From Atractiella rhizophila (taxonomy: Eukaryota): 20,000 nucleotides of DNA. The DNA lies in the NCBI GenBank assembly GCA_021432655.1, contig MU271438.1:46027-66026 (forward strand), written 5' to 3'. The translations under genes were made by a program, and so were the position numbers. Below, one piece after another: positions 1 to 8,683 of the stretch (its first letter is position 1; every line of letters starts with the position of its first letter). Below the pieces are notes generated by a model. It was not told where the DNA came from. It made no database searches and was given only the letters and a program-made list of their open reading frames with translations.

Positions 1-2564
1 TCTCCTCCATCCCATCCGAAGTCCGCATCCTCAACACCTCTGGGATCTTCTCCAACACACTCCCAATCTCATTGACCTGATTCCGTAAGAACGGCCGTAT
101 GGCATCCTCTTCTGCCCCGGTACTTCTCGACAGATGGATGTAAACTGCTTCATCGAAAATGGTCGTTTCCGCTTCGTTCGACCTATCCAGAAGTCAAGAT
201 ATGAGCGGCGGATGCTGCAAGGCTTACATCAAGCGCTCATTCTGTTTCTCCCACAAAGCCTGCGCTGCGATGAGCTTTTCCTCATTGAAGGACAATTGTC
301 TCCTGCATGTTTGAGAGAGCTGAAACACCATCAGTCGGAAAAAAAACCATGACTTGCAGACGGACCTTGCCCAGCAGACCGTTGGCGTTGATGTACTGGA
401 TCAGGTTGTCGAGTTTCTGTATCCGATCCGCTAGCTGAGTTCGCAAATCTATGACTTTCAACAATTTGGGAGAAGCTGCAGCATCTTTTAGTAGGAGCAT
501 TCGAAGAAACAATGAAGCGTACTATTCATCAGAACGTCTTTGCTCAACTGCCTTGCCGGGCCTTCTATCTCCTCGTCGAAATTTGACAAGACGGAGAAAT
601 CCAGAGGGTTCTACACCCACACAACTCAGCCAAATTCAGCGTCACGACCAAGAAAAGTACATACTTCAGGTCTATCACCGTAGAACATAGCATGCTCCAA
701 TTTAGTCTTCATCTTCCCCGACCTCCGTCCAGTCCTCGCCGCCTTTTCTTCCATCTTCACACTCAACACTCCGTATTCAGCTGTAACTACAGCAAGCTCA
801 TAAGCGTCATCCTTTTGGTGGAATCCAGCTGAAGACCCGAGGATCCCTCTCTGTGGCTTTTTGAGAGATATGATCTCCTCATAATCGGCCCCTTGCGATA
901 AAGAGACGAGGATGAGAATTGTAGGGAAGATTATACAGCCTGCTTGCCCATTGACATGCAGTTTAGGAGAAATGGTGGTTACGGAAGAAGCGTGATGAGA
1001 GAGGAGGATTAGACGGTCAATATGGATTGGTTCGTTAGAGTGTGTCGGGGTCTTGGCGAGCAGAAGACAGTAAGACAGAAGGTTTGTTTCTCCGGGGGAA
1101 GGACGGTATTCTAAAAGAAGGACCATTTGCTTCGCGCTTCAAATAGTCACAGTAGGCATCTTCGAAAATCAATTGAAAGGTGGAAGACGCACGTAACAAA
1201 AGCAATGTCCACGACCTGCGAATTCTGCGCCTCTGCCTCTGCCAGTCCAATATTCCTCATCAAATACTCCGCCAACGCTTTCTTGAGCACATGACCAGTT
1301 TGCATACTCTCCCTTCCGTCCTTCCCCACCACCCAGCCCTCCAAGTAGGTCTCATTGACAATCAACATCTTCCCCTCCGCCCTCCAGACAGCCACGGCCT
1401 TCACACCTCCTCTAGGGTCAGTCCCTCGTCCGAAGAAGCTCCCAAATACAGCCCCAAACATGCCGCTCGATACACCTTTCATCTCCCTCACATGTAAATC
1501 AAACCGCTCTCCATGCGCCGCTCCAAAGGCTAGATCGAGGCGGAAGAGGCGCGAATGACTGGTATACATGACCCAGGCAAGTTCGTCGAGACGCGTGATG
1601 CCCTTGAGCACTTCGCCCTCTTGAGAACGGAAGGTGGGGATTTGAAGGATGACGGGTGGAGTAGAGGTGAGCGAATGGGTGAGGGAGGCGTAGAAGTGTA
1701 TTGTCCCTGTAGTGCTCGAAGCGAGAATTAGCGATGGAGGTGACGAACGCGAGAGCGGAATGAGTGTGACAAGCGGCAGATTTGGGTACAGTGAGGTTGT
1801 TGAAGGTGGAGCGGCGAAAACATATAGTGTTGTGCCTGCATGCTATCATCCGACAATTAGCTCTGGGTTAGAGTAGCCAGCATTTATGAGATCGGGTGTT
1901 TCGATACTGCTGTTTGTCTGGCATTACATTTCCTCATTCCCAAAGAGAAGGTCCTAGACATACGTTCTCGCTGGCAAAAATGCAGCATCTCTGAAGCAAT
2001 GCTTGTAATAGCTACGAGAATCAACCAGTAAGCTCCTTCAACGGCACGTCCTTCTGCTTAAGCTCGCGTGCCATACCTTGCCACTCCAAACAAGAGAACA
2101 GAAGCAGGAAAACTCACCTGTGAAGTATTCCAAATCCAAACCGCCTCCATGCTTACCAAATAGGTCCATCCGTCTCTGTATCCCCCAGCAAAAGCGTCCG
2201 CATAGGGATCGCTCCTCTCCAACATCCGCTGAAGCTCCAACGGCAGTCGTGCAATCTCCCAAACCGCATAATTCTCATCCTTCACCCAAGCCGACTTCTC
2301 GTCCACATCCTTCTCCCCATCCTCCTGTCCCTGTCTAAATGAAGTTCCTGTGCTCGACCTTCGCAGCCTGTTTGAGGAGCGAGAAAACGACCTCGAGAGC
2401 GAGGGAGCGAGCGCGAGCTGTGGTGCTGCTGCTGAGACGGGTGCTGGCGCAGGAGTAGCTGATGGTGCGCGTACTCCACGTCGTACGGTAGATGGGCGCG
2501 CGGTACGGGACTGTGATGAGCTCCACGAGCTGTTTTGAGAGGCGTTCAAAGATGGATTGAACAT
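1..2564 (-). CDS. NUP133: Nucleoporin Nup133 (Y-complex/Nup84 complex), 5' portion; runs off the left edge. Exons 2564-2118, 1842-1193, 1136-665, 610-523, 475(or 484)-366, 319-228, 182-<1; optional in-frame cassette 2011-1964
   Basis: Manual GT-AG splicing gives one open frame: S/R/P-rich disordered N-terminus, then beta-propeller-like segments (LPLELQRML...DGWTYLVSMEAVWIW, SHSRLFRL), then KTKLEHAMFYGDRPENPLDF, IDLRTQLADRIQKLDNLIQYINANGLLGKLSQTCRRQL and EKLIAAQALW, which I recognise as typical of fungal Nup133. AAAA-ATG start context. Confidence 0.85.
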
Positions 2565-3719
2565 TTTTCGTGGTTTGTTGTTTCTGCCTTGGACTAAGAG
2601 TCATTTGAGTTGCGGATGTTTGCTAGAAGGGGTCCAGCAAGGAACAAGCAACACCACAAGGAAGGGTAGGATTCACAGAGGTTAACGTGAGCTTGGATTG
2701 GACAGCGATTACGAGAAGTTTCAGGTATTTCAGTGAGAGTAGAAGGTGTGTGATTGCTCAAGGATTTATCATTCTCTTGCGCTGTTGCATAAGTCATCGA
2801 GACGAGAGCAACTATTGACGCGACATGTTGACAAGGACGTGAAGAACACCAAGTAATGTCTGTGAAGTGACATCTGAAGTAATTTGGTGCCTTGACTTGA
2901 ACTTATCTTCCTTTCTTTCTATAGACCTGCATTTAGGGCCGACTTCATGGTTAACCAACCTCCATGCTCTCTTGTACTCTGTGATTCGACAGTTTTATGG
3001 CGTTATATGATCAGGCTGACTCAAAAGTATGAGACATTCGTATAGTTTTGTCAGCTGCTTTCGATTGCCAGCATGATCTTTGATTGCTCGTTGACTTCAA
3101 TATCACCTGAATATGTCTTCAAGTGTGTCCCCTCCAAGGCCGCAAAGAATCGTACATGATGTTCTGATTATCGAAGCCCCTCACAGCCAATTCAACGCCT
3201 TCCTACCCAAGGTGGATCGTCTCAGTCCAGGTCATGGATTATGTTCTATATTCCATCTTGAGGAGATTTGCCTGGCACAGCATACCGAATGACAGATTCG
3301 TAGACAACGAAGCTGCAATTTTGAATGACTTAACGTCCGTACCTTAGCATTGCAAGCCTCTTGATTTGCTCCAATCTGATCCACGATACACAGCCTGTAA
3401 TCGATGAACATCGTTAACTTGTGAATAAACAAGGCTTCCGAGTTCTATCTTCATGTCGATCGCTCTCAACATTGGGTCCCTCAACGGTACCCAGCCCTTA
3501 CATACTTTTTGTTGGTGAACCTTGAGGCTATGAGGAGCTGGAACAGCCAAGCCCGACTTGGACAGGGGAGAAGGAATTGATACGGCCAATTTACAAAGGG
3601 ACAGAGCTGGAGGATGTCCATTCCGTTCTCTTCATATTATCCGTGCCAAGAAATATTCCTCCTCATAAAAACAGGATCCCTTTTCAGCGCTTTCGTCAGA
3701 CTTCCCATTTCTAGGAAAC

Positions 3720-4446
3720 ATGGGGTCGAGCTCATCTAAACTGCACTACGAACCACAACCAGCACTGTTGGGGAAAATCACACTCGACGATGATACCGAC
3801 GAAGTCCTGCTTGCGACCTTTCGTTTTGAGCCATGCGAATGGACTAGCCTTCCGTTCAGCTCTACTTACAATCCCTGTGGAGTTGGGATGACGGAAGGAG
3901 TCGGGCACTTGACGACCCAACGCCTCCTCTTGTTCTGAGATGTCGAGCGCGCTCTCAGTGCTGAGACTGCTGAGCATGTGGGAGAACTTGTTGGTGCGCT
4001 TTTCATCCCTGTCCCGATAATCTTTGTTTGACGATCCATTGTGCTTCTCTTGGATTCTAGGCGCGGCAGCTGAGGCAGTCTTCAACAAAGCGGCTGAAAA
4101 AGTGGTTGAAGGGCTTAGCCATATTGGCAGTCGCTCTAGAAAGGTCATGACCGCCAATGCGAGCCATTATCCGAAAGGAATCGCGACTTGGCACATCCCC
4201 GAAGAAATGGATGATGAAGAGTTCCTCGCCCGCGACTCTTTTGGTTGTTTCTTCGTCGTTGCTTCGAAAGACCTCGGACCTGTAAATCGCCTCACGTTTA
4301 GACCCGTCTTTTGGGATAATGATTGGGGAGGGGATGACATTAAGGAGTTTGAGAAAATTTTGAGTGAGAAGTTGAAGATCAAAGCGAGAAGAATTGAGAA
4401 AGTTGTGAGAGGAAAGGATGGACTTGTTAAACAATATAAGACCTGA
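3720..4446 (+). CDS. Hypothetical ~219-aa protein with N-myristoylation-type N-terminus; exons 3720-3993 and 4061-4446; contains in-frame TGA at 3936-3938 (possibly a pseudogene or an extra intron)
   Basis: AAAC-ATG then MGSSSSK (G2, S6, K7 myristoylation consensus). The frame continues past the TGA as DVERALSAETAEHVGELV into a phase-1 intron 3994-4060 (GTGCGC...TTGAC...TTCTAG), which joins in frame to the 128-codon downstream exon (FFVVASKDLGPVNRLTFRPVFWDNDWGG). No family recognised. Confidence 0.55.
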
Positions 4447-4648
4447 TTCTTCCTTTCGCATTTCTTTATATCTGTTGTACTCCCATCTGTGCTGGCAAAT
4501 TCTGATTTGTTAAAAATGCAAGCGATTTTTTTGAATTGTGTTGTGTATGTCCTTCGTGAATGATCCGACTGAATGTGAATGTCATACAATCTTTCTGTGA
4601 AGACGGAAGCTAATATGTTCCTCTCTACAGGGCGAGACTCGCATTTGT

Positions 4649-5709
4649 ATGCGCCGTTTCACTTTGTTACGACGCGTGCCATTGAAAAAATTAACCTCGT
4701 CACCTCCTCACAGCTTCCCCAGGCTTCCCACTTTTGGGACAAACAAGACACTGTCCAACCTTCGTCCCTGCCCAATCAGAAGAATGCCGAAGTCCAAATC
4801 GAAGGCTGGCTTTTATGCTGTCGCGAAAGGACGCAACCCCGGAGTATTCGAGAGTTGGGATGAAGCGAAGGCGCAGGTGGATGGCTTCACTGGAGCTCGG
4901 CACAAGAAATTTTCAACGCGGATTGAAGCGGAGCAATTCATTGCCATCCACAACGGCACGTCAACTATCCTTTCTGTTCCCTCTGTGGACACCCAACCTT
5001 CCACTTCCGCCTCAGTGAAAACCAACCGTCTCCAACCTTATCCTCGATCTAAACCGTCAGTGAAAAAGGTCATAGAGGCAGTCAAAAACGCGGTTCCTTC
5101 TTCAGGACGGCAGGTTTGGTGCGATGGGAGTGCCAGAGGGAACGGACAAGTTGGAAGTAGGGCCGGTATTGGGATCTATTGGGATGACGGTGACGAGATT
5201 TCCGAGCGGTTGCCTGGCAAGGTCCAGACAAACAATCGTGCTGAGTTATATGTGAGCTTTTAACCCATTCGATTGCCATTCCCTCACGAAACATGGAATG
5301 GAAGGCGATTATCCGCGTTCTCGAATCAGATCCTACACCTGACAAACCGTTAACAATCCTGACGGACTCGAAATACAGCATCCAATGTCTCCAAGATTGG
5401 TTTCCGGCCTGGCAGCGGAATGGTTGGCGGACTGCATCAAAGAAACCTGTCGAAAACCTCGATCTCATTCTGCTTTGCCTGATGCTTCTACGAGGAAGAA
5501 AGAAGGCTCCAAAATTTGTACACGTCAGAGGACATGAGGGGATCGAAGGAAACGAGAACGCTGACAAATTGGCTAATAACGGCGCTGCATTGGAAGAAAA
5601 GGCGGAAGAGGTATTGGAAATCCGAGGAAAGACTGTTGAAGGACTGAAGGCGGAATGGGAAAATGGAGATTCTGGAGTGTCAATTCAGGCAGAGGAAACA
5701 GCACTATGA
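4649..5709 (+). CDS. RNH1: Ribonuclease H1 (N-terminal hybrid-binding/caulimovirus-VI-like domain plus RNase H domain); exons 4649(or 4784)-5251 and 5305-5709
   Basis: HBD motif FYAVAKGRNPGVFESWDEAKAQVDGFTGARHKKF. Catalytic motifs WCDGSARGNG, QTNNRAELYA, TDSKYSI and HVRGHEGIEGNENADKLA with all DEDD residues and the His present. Phase-0 intron 5252-5304 (GTGAGC...CTCAC...AAG). Confidence 0.96.
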
Positions 5710-5876
5710 CCTTGGCGACTTTCGTCTCAGTTCTAGCTTGCCAGTTTGGGCGATAACTTGTTGGGAACAAGGCTATTGTAGAATGCATTGATTAACGGCT
5801 TTATTTACTTGCAGATTTGAGCAGCGATGACATGCGAGTACGGAATGAGAAGAGAGCACCAAATTAATAATGTTAG

Positions 5877-7955
5877 TTAGTGATTGCGAGGCCGACAACG
5901 CCCAACCTTCCTCCCCCACATGATCCTCTTCACCACTTCATCTATACTCGCCTCTTCAACAGGAAGAATATCCTTCAGACATTGTTCGACTTTTCCGTGC
6001 CACTCCTCACCAGTCGGTGCGGGGTCGCAATACCTAAGAAACCTCGCAAGTAACTCCCTCCCTTTCGAACCCTCCAGCAAGCTTTTTGCCCGAGGACGCA
6101 GCTTCTGTATCTCGACGTATCCGTGCTCTCTGCCTAAGGTCACGAATGCTTCGAACACAATTCCCATCTCGCTGTTGGGATCAATGGAGCCGAAATTGTC
6201 GAGGAGGGCGGGGACCATTCCTTCGGTCCACCGTTCAGTGAGGTTTGCTAGGATCCGATGGACAGAAAAATCGTCTGTGAACCTCAGATCGACAGGTGCA
6301 CCCCAGCGAAAGCGATTTCTAACGTGCTGAGCGACGAGCCACGCAGCCACCCAATCCTCTTCGTGAATAAAGAACTTGATGGCTAGTTCAGCTATTCCTG
6401 CATTCCAAACATCCTTCGATTGGTTCTTCATCCTTGCTTGCCAGGACCGAAACGAATGACTGGAACATCGCACGCGTAACATTTCTCGCAAAATAGCTCG
6501 AGGTTTTGGGACACGAATCTGGAAAGGGGGAGGGAGAGAAAGGACGTTCAAAATTTCAGGCGCTTCAACCTCTGGTGACCGAGGGATGAAATCAGGTGCT
6601 GAAGGACCGATTCCATAGTCTTCGATCATGTTCCGGACTCTGAATCGGGAGGTAAGGACATGCTTGAACGTCTGACCGTTGGGGACGAGCTTGTCCTTCA
6701 GCATCAACTGAAAGATGGCGAAAGTAGGGGCGTGTCGTTGCAAGAGTGCAGTTGCCGCGATGTAAGACTTAGGCTCCCTCTCCGGATGAGCAATTTTCCA
6801 AGGTGGGCGATAGATCCATGTTAACTCCTGCTCCGCGGATAAGATGCTGTTGATGAGGACCGTCGAAGACAATGGATCGAAACCATCATCTAGCATGTAG
6901 CGAATGATATCGGCTGGTCGAACTTTCCGAACCATGTTTAATTTGAGCGGCCTTTGTCGAGGAAAGCGAGAAAGAGCGTAGAGCATCTCAACGTAAGGGC
7001 GAGCGTACTCATTGTTCGGTTTCGCCCCGCTCGCACCATCCCGTAAATGCCGAGGATGAACTACAAAGCGTAAACGGTAGATTACGAACCAGTGATAGGC
7101 GAGGTTGAGATCCGGATCCTCACCCTTGACGGAGTTTTTGATCAGGATCGAAAAAAATCGAGGAAGGTATAAATGGTCGGTATTTGTGAGTTGGGTATTA
7201 CTCGGATCGTAACCAATGCGGTCAAGAACTTGGGAAATGCTCTTTCTTCCCCGAGCAGAGGACAAAGTCTGTTTAAGACGTAAAGGAAAGCTGAGCCCTC
7301 TGGTACTCCCCCAATCTCTGAACAGCTTTTCAGCTACCTCCTCCTTCCCCGCCGATGACAGGCTAGTCATGAGAACGTAGAGAATGGCCGCGTTGTATCT
7401 GTCCGCCGCGATAGCATTGAGCGAGTTGGCAACAAACTTATTGAGGTTATCTTCACTTCGTGACACCTCGGATTGAGACTGAAGCACGATTCGATCTGAC
7501 AGCCGTACTGAAACACCGATACCCTGATTGGATAAAGCGACTACGGCCTTGAATGCTTCGTTGCGATGGCGATCGTCTGGTGCAACAAGAAACTTCCAAA
7601 TCAGTCGCTCGTAAAGCGTATGGCTAAGCATCTTAGGGCGCGGGATCCAGAACGTAGGGAATCGAACAAGGGAGCGGAAGATCTTGATCGTCAGGCTCTC
7701 TTCGCCTTGGAGCGGTTCGCGAAGGACATTATTGAAAAAGGCATGGATGTATTGGGTGGGTATGGAGAGCTTCACTGACGTTTTCGCGTGGGGAATAAGG
7801 TATGGATTCCCATGGTCGAGCGCATGCAGAAAGGGGGACGAGATGGTTTTGACAGGCTGAAAACCGAGCTGGACTCGAGGTGAAACACAGAGAGGCGTGC
7901 GGCGGGAGATAGGCGTGATGGGAGGGGCTCCCCGAAGGAGACGATGTCGAGGCAT
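5877..7955 (-). CDS. Intronless 692-aa helical protein, probably a mitochondrial PPR-like RNA-binding protein
   Basis: Long uninterrupted ORF. Arg-rich, acid-free N-terminus (MPRHRLLRGAPPITPISRR) resembling a mitochondrial presequence. Degenerate PPR-like segments AIFQLMLKDKLVPNGQTFKHVL and IIRYMLDDGFDPLSSTVLINSILSA. The CDS is fairly secure; the function is inference. Confidence 0.65.
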   Translation of the reverse strand: MPRHRLLRGAPPITPISRRTPLCVSPRVQLGFQPVKTISSPFLHALDHGNPYLIPHAKTSVKLSIPTQYIHAFFNNVLREPLQGEESLTIKIFRSLVRFPTFWIPRPKMLSHTLYERLIWKFLVAPDDRHRNEAFKAVVALSNQGIGVSVRLSDRIVLQSQSEVSRSEDNLNKFVANSLNAIAADRYNAAILYVLMTSLSSAGKEEVAEKLFRDWGSTRGLSFPLRLKQTLSSARGRKSISQVLDRIGYDPSNTQLTNTDHLYLPRFFSILIKNSVKGEDPDLNLAYHWFVIYRLRFVVHPRHLRDGASGAKPNNEYARPYVEMLYALSRFPRQRPLKLNMVRKVRPADIIRYMLDDGFDPLSSTVLINSILSAEQELTWIYRPPWKIAHPEREPKSYIAATALLQRHAPTFAIFQLMLKDKLVPNGQTFKHVLTSRFRVRNMIEDYGIGPSAPDFIPRSPEVEAPEILNVLSLPPPFQIRVPKPRAILREMLRVRCSSHSFRSWQARMKNQSKDVWNAGIAELAIKFFIHEEDWVAAWLVAQHVRNRFRWGAPVDLRFTDDFSVHRILANLTERWTEGMVPALLDNFGSIDPNSEMGIVFEAFVTLGREHGYVEIQKLRPRAKSLLEGSKGRELLARFLRYCDPAPTGEEWHGKVEQCLKDILPVEEASIDEVVKRIMWGRKVGRCRPRNH

Positions 7956-8662
7956 ACATGAGTGGATGCGCCTTTATACAATGCTAAAGACGATGTGTAG
8001 ACAGCGAAGGGAACATAGCCTGCCAAAATAGTGAGCACAGGGTACATTCAGTACATCAAGTCAGCATGGGAGAACCAATACGTGTCATAGATGGGAAGTT
8101 TTCAGCTCATCCATCAACAAAGAGAGTCTGCTAAGCAGAGCTGAATCCAAACATATGTATGGAGGAAGACTCTGAACGAAATGAAACAGCAAGTAGGCGT
8201 GGAAAGAGAAACATCTTTGTAAATTGCAGAAAGCAGCGCCAGCCTGCAAAGGTAGAATCGATGAAGGATGAAAGACAACCTAGACCGGAAGCTAAAACAG
8301 AGGGAGAGCTCTCAAAGAATATTGACTTTCTGAAGCAGAAACCACCTCGACCTTGATGAAGCAGAGTGCGCACCTTGACGAAAATTGATTTATTCTTCCT
8401 CTCACACCTCCAAAGACAACCTAATATCTCGTCTTAAAGCTCCTTCTGTTGGTTTTTCTCCTTCTATCCCTCTTTATGGCCAATCTGGCCGTCCTCACAA
8501 AATTTTGGCACTTTTCGAGGGGCTTCGACTGGATACCTTTGGGGCCTGCACAGGTTTGAGTCATTTCTTCCAACTCAACTTCTACGCGACAAAGGCGTTG
8601 AGCATTAGCGGTTCCATTTCTTGCCTCTTCCTAGACAACATACTTGCATATTCGTCCTCCTG

Positions 8663-8683
8663 ATGCCACCATGTCCACTATGA
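8663..8683 (+). promoter_or_regulatory. Out-of-frame upstream ORF (MPPCPL*) overlapping the REV1 start codon
   Basis: ATG at 8663 lies 8 nt before the REV1 ATG (8671). Its TGA (8681-8683) overlaps the second in-frame REV1 ATG (8680-8682) as ATGA. Confidence 0.45.

Noticed and set aside
1843..2117. TPP riboswitch, RNase P/MRP RNA or snoRNA in the Nup133 intron
   Set aside because: Only superficial partial matches (CCAGCGAGAAC, GGAGCTTAC, GGCTACTCT). The TPP core (CTGAGA...GATCTGGATAATACCAGCG), the RNase P/MRP CR-I motif and properly placed C/D or H boxes are not seen.
3732..4589. Antisense ORFs of 134-141 aa (also 5082-5567, 9291-9794, 12202-12717)
   Set aside because: Shadow ORFs opposite better-supported coding exons, with no recognisable motifs.
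4784..5709. RNase H or caulimovirus-like domain as a retroelement or viral remnant
   Set aside because: HBD plus RNase H with a spliceosomal intron is the standard cellular RNase H1. No RT, integrase, gag or LTRs nearby.
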